Positions 1-9,197 of a stretch of DNA of 64,000 nt are shown here, piece after piece; position 1 is the stretch's first letter; each line of letters begins with the position of its first letter. The notes beneath the pieces were generated by a model that saw only the letters and a program-made list of their open reading frames with translations, was not told the DNA's origin and did no database searches. The stretch comes from Bdellovibrionales bacterium (GTDB lineage Bacteria; Bdellovibrionota; Bdellovibrionia; Bdellovibrionales; JAGQZY01): assembly GCA_964230645.1 (NCBI GenBank), contig CAXRHT010000001.1, positions 224,001-288,000 on the forward strand. The letters are read 5' to 3'. A program made the position numbers and the translations under genes.

Positions 1-650
1 AATTCATTGCAGAGATTTTTAGTGGAATTCCCACAGAGGATGTTCAGTTCACAAGTGATCGAGAGCTCTCTTCGGCTGAGATGATTATTGGAGCCAAATG
101 GGATGTCACCAATGACGTCGCTTTTCACCTTGGAGGCGGAACGGAACTTTACCATGGCTCAGCCTCCCCTGACTGGCGGGTCTACACGGGAATCAACTGG
201 GCCATCGGACCTCTTTTTGGAACCCAGTATGAAACCTACACAGAGCCTGAAGTGGTTTTTATAGAAGATCTCGATTTTCAAAAAAGAGCCAATGGGGATG
301 AAGTTTTTATCGCTAAAGATGTTCTTTTTGAATTCAATAGTGCTCGAGTCACCCCAGAGTTTCGTGCGACATTAAAAAAACTGGCGCGCTACCTAACCGG
401 TGGTGAGGGCTTTGAAACTCTTCTTATTACAGGTCACACGGACAGTGTCGGAAGTATCGCCTATAACGATCGCTTAAGCTTAAAAAGGGCCCGCAGCGTG
501 CGCCAAGAGCTTCTAGCTTACCTTCCTCCTAGCGAGCACGACAAGATCACAGCGCAAGGACGAGGGGAAAGAGACCCTATTGCTGACAACGGTAATTATC
601 AGGGACGCGCTCTTAATCGAAGAGTGGAATTCAATTTACGTCGCCCCTAA
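1..650 (+). CDS. OmpA-family outer membrane protein, 5' truncated by window edge
   Basis: Frame is open from base 3. C-terminal OmpA-like PG-binding motifs LFEFNSA, ITGHTDSVGS-YNDRLSLKRA, GRGERDP and GRALNRRVEF; beta-barrel-like segment upstream. Confidence 0.9.
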   Translation, partial: FIAEIFSGIPTEDVQFTSDRELSSAEMIIGAKWDVTNDVAFHLGGGTELYHGSASPDWRVYTGINWAIGPLFGTQYETYTEPEVVFIEDLDFQKRANGDEVFIAKDVLFEFNSARVTPEFRATLKKLARYLTGGEGFETLLITGHTDSVGSIAYNDRLSLKRARSVRQELLAYLPPSEHDKITAQGRGERDPIADNGNYQGRALNRRVEFNLRRP

Positions 651-958
651 ATCTCTGCTTGCGACACCAATCGGTGTCGCAGTGCTCTAAGTGACAGCGA
701 TCTAAAATAAATAACCTTATTTCCTTTTCATTTTTACCATCGTGCTTTTGAAATCTTTTTAATGGCAGGCCTTTGAAAATTTTAAATGAGGCTAGAAAGC
801 TCCCCTAAGCTCAAACACCGTCTTTTAAGAGATAACAAAAGAATTTTTTATAGCGCTCATTTCAAAGCATTATTTGCCTTTCAAGCCGCTAGACGCGATC
901 ACTCTTCTAAGGGACAACAAACAAACATCTATAAACGAACAACAGGGGGGGGGATTTC

Positions 959-1441
959 ATGACCCAATTCTTTAAATTAACTGTGGTCATTTTTCTTCTC
1001 ACACCTCTAACAGCACAGGGTTCCAACGAGACCAGTTTTAGTGCCGAAGAGCTACAACAGCTCTCCCCTTTTGATCCCTCTGTGCAGGAAAAGGTTCTCT
1101 CGGATGTGATTCGATTGATGGACCATCAAAAAGATAATGAAAAAGAAATACCGCCTGTACGCGTCTCAGAATCTGTGAGTGAGGAAGAAACCGAAGTGAT
1201 CGCAGCTTGTGAACACCAAGGAATGCCGGGATGGGCCCTAGCTAAGGGAATTAATATTTATCTCTTCAAGCTCAATATGATTCTCCTTGGCTCCGAAATG
1301 AAACTTCATAACCTAGCCCATGAGTACGCCCACTACGTTCAGTTGAAGTATGATCAAATGGACGAGCGAGAATTCAGTTTGGATTATCCGGAACAAGAGG
1401 CCGTTTATATTCAAAACTATTTTCGTGAGCCCTTTAACTAG
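959..1441 (+). CDS. Secreted putative zinc metallopeptidase-like protein
   Basis: Signal peptide; HEYAH (HExxH) plus downstream EQEA; G-rich RBS. Confidence 0.55.
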   Translation: MTQFFKLTVVIFLLTPLTAQGSNETSFSAEELQQLSPFDPSVQEKVLSDVIRLMDHQKDNEKEIPPVRVSESVSEEETEVIAACEHQGMPGWALAKGINIYLFKLNMILLGSEMKLHNLAHEYAHYVQLKYDQMDEREFSLDYPEQEAVYIQNYFREPFN

Positions 1442-1452
1442 GATCAGTCTCA

Positions 1453-2145
1453 GTGAAGTTTCTTTTTTTTATCACTCTTTTTGCTGTAGCTAATCCCGTT
1501 TGGGCCTCACAAGCCGACCCTCTGCGCACTTCGCAAATGCCTAGGCTTAAAGATGGGGTTTTAAAAATATCAGGCCCCATTGATTCTCACATCTACGATG
1601 CTCTAGCTTATATGCAAGCCGATCTGACCTCCGAGGTTGTCGTGGAATTGAACTCTTGGGGTGGTTCTACGGATTGGGCTTTAGAAATTGCTCGTAAGAT
1701 TCGATCGTTGGGCTTGGACACCTCTCTTCCAGAGGGACATGTCTGTGCAAGCGCTTGTGTTTATCTTTTTTCAGCCGGTAAAAAACGCTTTGCTGCCTCC
1801 TCAACCTGGTTTGGTATTCACGGTGCAAGGCTTGGAAAAGGTTTCCTAGTGGAATTTCAAAGCACTTGCTTTGAACAAGACGCAAAGGCCCAGTGGCTTT
1901 TCAATCAAGAAAAAAAGAATTGCTCTGAAGTGATTGAAAAATGGGAGGCTATCGCTATGGACTCCACTTTAGAGTCTTTTGCCTTCCTTGAGGCCGGCGG
2001 TGTTTCTAGCCAGTTAAGAACGGACTACCTCTCTATGGAAGAAGATCCCAACTGGCCCCTACAAGGGAACATCATAAAAATCAGAGATTGGAAGTTACAA
2101 ACCTTACAAGCACTCGAGTACAACCTAGTGACCGATATCTTATAA
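1453..2145 (+). CDS. Secreted ClpP/crotonase-fold putative serine peptidase
   Basis: Signal peptide; LNSWGG, CASACVYLFSAG and GIHGA motifs typical of Clp-like periplasmic proteins. Confidence 0.65.
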   Translation: MKFLFFITLFAVANPVWASQADPLRTSQMPRLKDGVLKISGPIDSHIYDALAYMQADLTSEVVVELNSWGGSTDWALEIARKIRSLGLDTSLPEGHVCASACVYLFSAGKKRFAASSTWFGIHGARLGKGFLVEFQSTCFEQDAKAQWLFNQEKKNCSEVIEKWEAIAMDSTLESFAFLEAGGVSSQLRTDYLSMEEDPNWPLQGNIIKIRDWKLQTLQALEYNLVTDIL

Positions 2146-2760
2146 AAAATCTCTAAGAAGCCCGCCCATTTCCCCAGAGAAAAAGATGGCCCAGTAATAA
2201 AGTACAAAACGAGGCACGCGCACAAGGGCTGCGATCAGAAAAGTTTTAAATGGAAGTTTAAATATGCCAGCGAGCCAACAGGTCAGAGAAAAAGGCAGTG
2301 GTGTTAGTGCTCCGATGACCACCATCCAAAAACCAAATTTTTTAACCGAACCTTTGTGTTCTCTTTTAAAGCTCTCGATAAAGCGATGAAGGATTTTAAG
2401 ATGCTCTAGTTTTTGTCCGATCAACCAACCGCACAAACCCGCTGCCGTGGATATTAACCCTAAGAGAGGGACCCAAATCATCCACTCTTGGTGAAGCGCA
2501 CTTTTTCCAATGAAGAAGAGAGCCGCGTCAGGAGGAATGGGAGAAATCAATAGGTCGGCCACAAAAACGCAGACTCCGATTCCCCAGAATCCAAAATTTT
2601 CAGTGAGCCAAGTCGCTGTGGCTCTTATTTGAGGCTCGAAACTTAAGGCGAGAAAGAAAATCAGCCCCACAAGGACAGTCAAAAACACCAATCCACGTAA
2701 CAACTGCTTTCGAAAGATTCGCTTTAATTCAGGGTTTTCCAGGTCTCTCAATTCAGTCAC
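2140..2760 (-). CDS. DedA/YqaA (VTT domain) membrane protein
   Basis: Multiple TM segments with PIPPD, LTPLPF and RVPRF motifs. Probable GTG start at 2760 (ORF track extends to 2871). Confidence 0.8.
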   Translation of the reverse strand: MTELRDLENPELKRIFRKQLLRGLVFLTVLVGLIFFLALSFEPQIRATATWLTENFGFWGIGVCVFVADLLISPIPPDAALFFIGKSALHQEWMIWVPLLGLISTAAGLCGWLIGQKLEHLKILHRFIESFKREHKGSVKKFGFWMVVIGALTPLPFSLTCWLAGIFKLPFKTFLIAALVRVPRFVLYYWAIFFSGEMGGLLRDFL

Positions 2761-2929
2761 TTGTCGCTTGCTCCCACGCCCAGGTCTTAACTTTAATGCT
2801 CTTAAAAAGCTATCCTCAAAGTGACAAATTTTGTACTGAGTAAGTCTTACAACGACCATTTTCGGCACCAAAGCCTCGTAGAGTCTAGCGATCTCCTGTT
2901 ATTTCAGTGATTTAAACCCTCTCTCATTT

Positions 2930-2945
2930 TGGGACACTCTTTGCA
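2930..2945 (+). promoter_or_regulatory. Possible sigma54 -24/-12 promoter
   Basis: TGGGACACTCTTTGCA gives GG-N10-GC, about 35 nt upstream of the 2981 start. Confidence 0.35.
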
Positions 2946-2980
2946 CTAGTAATGGGTATTAAAGTACTAGGAGGAAATCC

Positions 2981-3538
2981 ATGAATACCCCAAGCTTACT
3001 CCCAAGAGGGTTAGTTTTGGTTTTTGCTATACTGACTTTCAACCTACTGGCTTGTCACAATGCAAGCTTCGAGGCTGTGGGTCCGAACGATCAAGGCCAA
3101 AACACTCTACAACCTCGCGGAGGAGATCTCACAGATGGGGCCAATGAGATTCACTACTTTGGAAATGATGATCCCATTTATTGGTCCAGTCGCGAAGACA
3201 ACATTTATAAAGACGATATTGATGACTGTATTATTGGCCTTTCACAAAGTGCCGACGATGACGAAGTTGAAAGAAGAATCAGGCAACTTGCTACAATCTT
3301 AAGTCGCTCCCAGGTGGGTCGTGGCTCAAGAGAGGAGCCCGCAGCCGGTTCTCGTTATCTAGTTATCTATTACACCGATGGCAACCGCCGCGTTTTTAAT
3401 CTTAATGGTCAGCACGCCTCTCGTAATGAAGAATTTCTCAGCAATGGAAATGAAGTCATTGCCTTTTATGACCAGATCGACGCTGATCTTGAGGCCTACG
3501 GTCAGAGATCCTGCCCTTACGGTAAAGGTGACAAATAA
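2981..3538 (+). CDS. Hypothetical lipoprotein
   Basis: GGAGG RBS; signal peptide with lipobox LLAC. Confidence 0.7.
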   Translation: MNTPSLLPRGLVLVFAILTFNLLACHNASFEAVGPNDQGQNTLQPRGGDLTDGANEIHYFGNDDPIYWSSREDNIYKDDIDDCIIGLSQSADDDEVERRIRQLATILSRSQVGRGSREEPAAGSRYLVIYYTDGNRRVFNLNGQHASRNEEFLSNGNEVIAFYDQIDADLEAYGQRSCPYGKGDK

Positions 3539-3572
3539 ATCTTAATAAAATTAAGTGGAACGTTAGCAGTTG

Positions 3573-3597
3573 GTGGGATCCCTAAAAGGGGTCCCAC
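3573..3597. terminator. Hairpin terminator between convergent genes
   Basis: GTGGGATCCCT-AAA-AGGGGTCCCAC. Confidence 0.6.
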
Positions 3598-3621
3598 TGG
3601 CGTTTTTACAGTAAACTCGCA

Positions 3622-5397
3622 CTACTCAATCAGAATATCAAAAGGAAGTCTTGTCTTAAAGCTTTCTTGAATCGACTTTTTCTTAGCACTCAGAGCATTT
3701 CTTAAACTCTCAGGTAAAATCTGATTAAGCAAAGAGACCGAAACTCCCCCCATTTGTTTTAAAATGGCTTGAAAGGGCGAGAGCGGTTTCGGGTAAATAA
3801 CCACATCATAATCTTCAAGCTTGGCCAACTCCGCAGCTTTTAAAACCGCTTCGTTCAGACCTCCCATCTCATCGACAAGTCCTTTTTCAAGAGCATCCTT
3901 ACCAATCCACACTCGTCCTTGCGCCACTTCGTGAGTTTGTTCAATAGTTTCAAAGCTCGTGCGGCCATTGGTCACCACTGTCAAAAAGTCTTCATAAACC
4001 TGCTCGACAACATTCTGAACCTTTTGTCTTTCCTCTAAATCCACAGGACGCACAAGGGCATTTAAATCGGAAAAGCGGTGAGACTTATAAGTATCAAAGG
4101 TCATTCCCACTTTTTTATTCCAAAAATCTTTTGTGGCAAAACGAAGCCCAAAAACACCAATGGAGCCGGTAATGGTCGAGGGTTCTGCAAATATATACTG
4201 GCTTCCCGCTGAAATATAATAGCCTCCACTGGCGGCTACATTTCCGAAAGACGTCACAAAAGGTTTGGCGTCTTTTAACCACTGAGTGGAGGTCCAAATC
4301 ACATCAGATGCCAAAGCGGATCCTCCAGGGCTATTCACTCGCATCACAACAGCCTTCACTTCCTCTTCGCGCCGAATTTCCGTTAAAATTTCCGTGAGCT
4401 TTCTTGAGGAAATCCCCTCACCATCGGTTTCCTCTGTGGCAATACCACCTTCAGCAAAAACCACGGCGATTTTATTCTCTGAGCGCGCAACACGTGAATC
4501 CTTGTATTCCCGATAATACTTTCTCCAAGGTACGTATTTGGTCTTTTCTTCGGCTCCCGAGAGTTCTTTTAACTTCTCATCGACTTCCTCTTGGGAAGCT
4601 AACAGGTTTACAAACCCAGCCTTAAGCGCATCGGAGGCATACATGACAGAAAGCTCATCAGCCATCTCGTTCAAAGTCTCCACACTATTGTTGGATTTCT
4701 CAGAGGCGTATTTAAGAAGTTGATCCCAACTGCCTTGCACAAGAGCGCTAATCTGCTCGCGACTTGATTCACTCATTTCCTCATTAATAAAAGGCTCAAT
4801 GGCTGATTTGTATTTCCCCACTCGAAAAACTTGCGGCTCAACATCTAATTTTTTTGCCGTATTCTTTAAAAAGCTAAGCTTGGAAAAGAGACCATCCCAT
4901 TCAAAAAATCCTTTAGGGTAAAGAATAATTTCATCACTGGCTGAGGCCACAAGGTAATCCATCTCCGAATAGGCTTCTGCGTAAGAAATCAAAAACTTCC
5001 CTGATTTCTTAAAGCGAACAAGCTCACGGCGAAGCCCCTCGGCATTGGCCATTGCGGTCATCAGATTATCAAAACGGAGAATCACTCCTTGAATACGATC
5101 ATCTTTAGCGGCTTGTTGTAAAACCAAGGAAATTTCATAAAGCCCACTGACGGGCGGTTCATCGTAATTAACAATAGATGAGAAAATATCCCGCCGACTC
5201 ACATGATCTTTGAGTGGGCCATCAAAGGTGATTTCAAGAACGGAATTGTTCTCAATCCCCAACATCTCAGGCTCCCACTCGCTTGTGGTCGAAGATGCCA
5301 TAATGGCAATAAACATCATCAGCCCAAAAAACATCAAACTAAAAGCCAAAGTCGTCCCCATCATCGACGCCATAACAACTTTAAAAAACTGCTTCAA
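3622..5397 (-). CDS. sppA: Signal peptide peptidase SppA (67K type)
   Basis: RVGKYKSAIEPF, RVNSPGGSALASD, AASGGYY, TGSIGVFG and AQGRVW motifs. TTG start at 5397 behind GGAGGAG; the ORF-track extension to 5454 runs into a repeat. Confidence 0.95.
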   Translation of the reverse strand: MKQFFKVVMASMMGTTLAFSLMFFGLMMFIAIMASSTTSEWEPEMLGIENNSVLEITFDGPLKDHVSRRDIFSSIVNYDEPPVSGLYEISLVLQQAAKDDRIQGVILRFDNLMTAMANAEGLRRELVRFKKSGKFLISYAEAYSEMDYLVASASDEIILYPKGFFEWDGLFSKLSFLKNTAKKLDVEPQVFRVGKYKSAIEPFINEEMSESSREQISALVQGSWDQLLKYASEKSNNSVETLNEMADELSVMYASDALKAGFVNLLASQEEVDEKLKELSGAEEKTKYVPWRKYYREYKDSRVARSENKIAVVFAEGGIATEETDGEGISSRKLTEILTEIRREEEVKAVVMRVNSPGGSALASDVIWTSTQWLKDAKPFVTSFGNVAASGGYYISAGSQYIFAEPSTITGSIGVFGLRFATKDFWNKKVGMTFDTYKSHRFSDLNALVRPVDLEERQKVQNVVEQVYEDFLTVVTNGRTSFETIEQTHEVAQGRVWIGKDALEKGLVDEMGGLNEAVLKAAELAKLEDYDVVIYPKPLSPFQAILKQMGGVSVSLLNQILPESLRNALSAKKKSIQESFKTRLPFDILIE

Positions 5398-5431
5398 AAC
5401 TCCTCCTACGAACCTTCTCAAAAAAGACTGG

Positions 5432-5601
5432 CCTGTGCCTTCCGTAGGAAACAATTAGAATGTCTTTGAGTACAGGCTCGAGCAGCGAGCATTGCGTATC
5501 TTGGAGCGCGACATGCAATGGCGCGATCCGGGAGACGAAATGCACCCGCATGCGTGCCTGTGCTCAAAGACATTCTAATTGTTTCCTACGGAAGGCACAG
5601 G
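5432..5601 (+). repeat. Long-stem hairpin element, family I (copy A)
   Basis: 46-bp inverted arms (5432-5477 and 5556-5601, one T.G pair) around a 78-nt core homologous to 54403-54480. Confidence 0.9.
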
Positions 5602-5612
5602 ACAGGCCACAA

Positions 5613-6617
5613 TTATGCTTCGCGAACCATCTTCGCGCAAGCTTCGATCCAGTGATCATCGTCATTGAGGCAGGGCACAAATCGAAAGGACTCTCCTCCC
5701 GCGGCTAGAAAGCTCTCTTTTCCACCAAGAGCGATCTCTTCAAGGGTTTCTAACCCATCAACAGAGAATCCAGGACAGATGACACTCACCTTTTTATGTC
5801 CCTTTCCGGCCAACTCTTTGAGTTTGTTCTCTGTTGAAGGTTCTAACCACTTCTGACGCCCCAATCGGGATTGAAAACTAACACTATAATCCTCGGGACT
5901 GAGGCCCAACTCTTTGCTTAAAAGTTGAGCGGTCTTAAGGCACTGAGCTCGGTAACAAGTTTTTAAAACGTTTTGTGGTGCTTTTTCACAGCAGTTTTCT
6001 ACTTTCAGGCAGTGCTGTCCTGTGGGGTCCGTTTTGAAAAGGTGACTTTCTGGAAGACCGTGAAAACTCATTAATAAGTGCTCACCTTTCTGAGGCAGCC
6101 CTTGAGTCTTTAAAAAAACACCATAGGCTTTAATGAAGCGAGAATCATCAAAATAAGGCTCTATTACCGTGGCTTTTTCATTCTCAAAATACTGCTCAAA
6201 TTTTTCAAGACCCGTTTTAACCGTTGAGTCCGCATACTGCGGGTACTGAGGAAAGAAAATGATCTTCTCGCAGTCTTTAAGCTCATCGTGGGCGCTTTTA
6301 AAACCAGGCTCACCGTATCTCATGGCAACCACGACTTGGTAGTTTTGCCCCAATTTTTGCTGAAGCGCCTGAGCGGCTTTTTTTGTTTCCACTAACAGAG
6401 GAGAACCCTCACTCGTCCAAACTTTTTTATAATTGGCTGCTGATTTCGATTTCCTAAAAGGCACGATGATCCCCTTAACTAAAAGGGCTCGAAAAAACCA
6501 GGGCAGTTGGATGACATGTTTATCCATTAGAAATTCACCCAAATAGCGTCCTAAGGCTTTGGAATCGGGTCCATCCGGAGTTCCTAGGTTTGAGAAAACC
6601 ACTCCTATTTTAGCCAA
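5613..6617 (-). CDS. hemH: Ferrochelatase
   Basis: NLGTP, PQYPQYA, SFHGLP, FQSRLG-WLEP, LETLEEI and PCLND motifs. Likely TTG start at 6617. Confidence 0.95.
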   Translation of the reverse strand: MAKIGVVFSNLGTPDGPDSKALGRYLGEFLMDKHVIQLPWFFRALLVKGIIVPFRKSKSAANYKKVWTSEGSPLLVETKKAAQALQQKLGQNYQVVVAMRYGEPGFKSAHDELKDCEKIIFFPQYPQYADSTVKTGLEKFEQYFENEKATVIEPYFDDSRFIKAYGVFLKTQGLPQKGEHLLMSFHGLPESHLFKTDPTGQHCLKVENCCEKAPQNVLKTCYRAQCLKTAQLLSKELGLSPEDYSVSFQSRLGRQKWLEPSTENKLKELAGKGHKKVSVICPGFSVDGLETLEEIALGGKESFLAAGGESFRFVPCLNDDDHWIEACAKMVREA

Positions 6618-7833
6618 AGTGGCCTCCTTCAATTTTCTTTAAATTTTTCCTAGCCTTGAGCAAAATTTTACTCAACCCTAAATCCCCTAGATAATTTCCA
6701 ATAAAGAGATAAGGAGATTTGTCGTTTTCTAGATCCACGAGAAACTCTCTTAAGGCACTGTCATAAAGAGGAATCTTACCGGGCCACTGATAGACATAGG
6801 TTTTCTTTGGATCCACCCTCTCACCAGTAAGTTTATAACGATCCGTCATCACGTAGCGGATCAGAGCGGTATGACTCATATGGGAGAAATCCATTTTGTC
6901 GTCATTGAGAATCCAAGTTTCTGAAACGTGCGAGCCTCCACGACCTTTAAATATATTGTTATTAAATAAGACTCCCAAAGAATTAAAGCTTTCTTTTTTC
7001 GGAAATAAGCAGCCAAATCCGTCTTTCTTTTGAGCCACTTTGTTTTTTCCAAAACACAAAGTGACGGAAGTGAGAGAGACCGACTTTGTTTCAAGTATAC
7101 TTTTTGGAATATCCAACCTCTGACTATTCACAAGGCTTCTCATATCAGCCAAGCTCACTGCAAAAATAGTGGGATTTTGATTGAGATTCTCTTTTTCGGT
7201 TTCCAGAAAAAACTCACAACCATTTTCCACTAGATATTTGCGGGTCTGCTCGATCCACTCTCCCATTCCACCTTCAGGAGCGACGGATCCTCTTAACTTA
7301 CCTTTCTTTGGCCTTTTCTTAAGGGAGTCTAAAATCAATTGGGCATCAAGGTTTTTGGATTCGGTCGCGTAAACACCCTGCATACCGGGCTCCAAAAGGT
7401 TTTCTGTGACAGAAGCCCCAAGCAGTCGACATCCCCAGTCCCACAAACTCTCATCAGGACTTGCAACCAATTTGTCTTTACCCCATTTTGCCATCAGAGC
7501 AAATTTAGCCAGGGGAAGACTTTCAAAAAGACTCAGTGGCCAGCGGCTCATCTCTCCGTTGTTATAGACATAACGTTTACGCGCTTTCCTTTTTTTGGGG
7601 CGTAATTTCACCCCAATAACCGACGCGACTCGCTCAAGCTCTTTATTGGCAAGAAAAGCATTGGCTCCCTGTTCGATCAAAAATGGGGAATCCAACTTAG
7701 TACCAAGCAGTCCTCCTACTTTGGTTTCTTTTTCAAAAACCCGAACATTATAGCCTTTCTCTGTTAAATAGAAGGCCTGCATTAGCCCTGAGAAACCGCC
7801 ACCAATGATGTCAATTTTTATATCTTTACTCAC
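6610..7833 (-). CDS. hemY: Protoporphyrinogen oxidase (HemY/HemG FAD type)
   Basis: GGGFSGL dinucleotide-binding motif, EQGANAFL, GFGCLFP, LGVLFN; lies in the heme operon. Confidence 0.88.
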   Translation of the reverse strand: MSKDIKIDIIGGGFSGLMQAFYLTEKGYNVRVFEKETKVGGLLGTKLDSPFLIEQGANAFLANKELERVASVIGVKLRPKKRKARKRYVYNNGEMSRWPLSLFESLPLAKFALMAKWGKDKLVASPDESLWDWGCRLLGASVTENLLEPGMQGVYATESKNLDAQLILDSLKKRPKKGKLRGSVAPEGGMGEWIEQTRKYLVENGCEFFLETEKENLNQNPTIFAVSLADMRSLVNSQRLDIPKSILETKSVSLTSVTLCFGKNKVAQKKDGFGCLFPKKESFNSLGVLFNNNIFKGRGGSHVSETWILNDDKMDFSHMSHTALIRYVMTDRYKLTGERVDPKKTYVYQWPGKIPLYDSALREFLVDLENDKSPYLFIGNYLGDLGLSKILLKARKNLKKIEGGHFG

Positions 7834-7847
7834 TTAAAGGAAGCTCC

Positions 7848-9197
7848 TTACAAGGATTTAGAGAAAATTTCAGACTCTGGTTTTTTACGCAGAAGCCTTT
7901 CATCTAGAGAAAGACAGGCGTTACGCAAAAAGGGCTTTCCTTTTTTGGTTAAGCGCATCTCACCCTCTTTAATTTCAACCAACTGGTCTTGAATCATTTC
8001 TTTTAAAAATTCTTTCACTCGTTTTTCTTGCGCCTCGTTTTCAAAGCGAGTTTTACCAATAGTCATAAACTCTAAAATTTGCTCTCGCCTCTTCTGATCT
8101 TCCTCGGTTAAAAGATGACCTCGTAAAGTGGAAATTTCCCCTTGTTGAGTACGCCTTTCATAAACTGGCAAAGCTTTTTCATTCTGATGAAAGCAGTCTG
8201 GGGTTTCTGAGATCGCACTCACGCCAAGACCTAAAAGCACTTGCGTGCGCTCTTCGACATAACCCATGAAATTTCGGTGAAGCTCATTTTTCTCGAAACT
8301 TTTAGAGAGATCGTCAGTGGGAAGGGCGAAATGGTCCATACCAATTTCTACATAGCCTTTCTCTAAGAGAAAGGCTCTTGAGATTTCATAAAGTCGTCTT
8401 TTGTCTTTTCCCTTAGGGAGATCTTCGTCTTTGAAAAGTTTTTGAGCGGGTTTGATCCATGGAACGATCGCCAGGGAATAAAGAGCAATACGGTCGGGCT
8501 TAAGCGTCCAAGTTTTCTCCATCATATCCATGACTGAGGCCTCTGTTTGCGTGGGAAGGCCATAGATCAAATCAAAATTAACCGAGGAATAGCCTAAGCT
8601 TCTTGCTGCCTCGGTGATTTCCAAAGTTTGTTCGTAAGGCTGCACTCGGTGCACCAAACGCTGCACCTCAGGGTCAAAGTCTTGAACCCCTAAGCTCACT
8701 CGTGAAAAGCCCACGTCCCGCAATCTTTTTAAATGCTCTTTTGTGGTGCGCCGAGGGTCCACCTCAAAAGAGCCATGAAAGTTTTCAGGACGATTGAGAT
8801 TTTTCATAATCTCAAGAGCTAATGTTTGTAAATTTTTAGGACTTAAAAAGGTGGGTGTTCCTCCCCCAAAATGAAATTGCTGAAGGGGGGATTCCATTAA
8901 CTCGGGCAAAGCCTCCAAATAAAGACTCATTTCCTTGAGCACAATATCCATATAGGGCTCTTCTCTTTTATGATTACGAGTAATACTGGTGTTGCATCCA
9001 CAAAAGGTGCACAGCGTTTCGCAATAGGGAATATGAACATAAAGAGACCATGGCGGACGATTTTTATAGGCTTTTTTTAACGACTCAATCCACTGCTCTG
9101 TTGTGGGTGAATCCGACCAATAAGGAACCGTCGGATAACTGGTGTAGCGAGGTACGGGTACATTGTACTTATAAAAAAGTTCGTCTGAATCTTTCAA
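7848..9197 (-). CDS. hemN: Oxygen-independent coproporphyrinogen III oxidase (radical SAM)
   Basis: PRYTSYPT, CETLCTFC, GGGTPT, IGMDHFA and HRNFMGY motifs. Likely TTG start at 9197 overlapping the hemE stop. Confidence 0.95.
   Translation of the reverse strand: MKDSDELFYKYNVPVPRYTSYPTVPYWSDSPTTEQWIESLKKAYKNRPPWSLYVHIPYCETLCTFCGCNTSITRNHKREEPYMDIVLKEMSLYLEALPELMESPLQQFHFGGGTPTFLSPKNLQTLALEIMKNLNRPENFHGSFEVDPRRTTKEHLKRLRDVGFSRVSLGVQDFDPEVQRLVHRVQPYEQTLEITEAARSLGYSSVNFDLIYGLPTQTEASVMDMMEKTWTLKPDRIALYSLAIVPWIKPAQKLFKDEDLPKGKDKRRLYEISRAFLLEKGYVEIGMDHFALPTDDLSKSFEKNELHRNFMGYVEERTQVLLGLGVSAISETPDCFHQNEKALPVYERRTQQGEISTLRGHLLTEEDQKRREQILEFMTIGKTRFENEAQEKRVKEFLKEMIQDQLVEIKEGEMRLTKKGKPFLRNACLSLDERLLRKKPESEIFSKSL

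Noticed and set aside
5460..5708. ORFs 5460-5708 and 54382-54624 share a CVSWxATCNGAxRETKCTR peptide
   Set aside because: The similarity comes from the shared hairpin core. Differences are mostly non-synonymous and base-pair compensatory, and the flanks are unrelated, so the constraint is on structure rather than protein.
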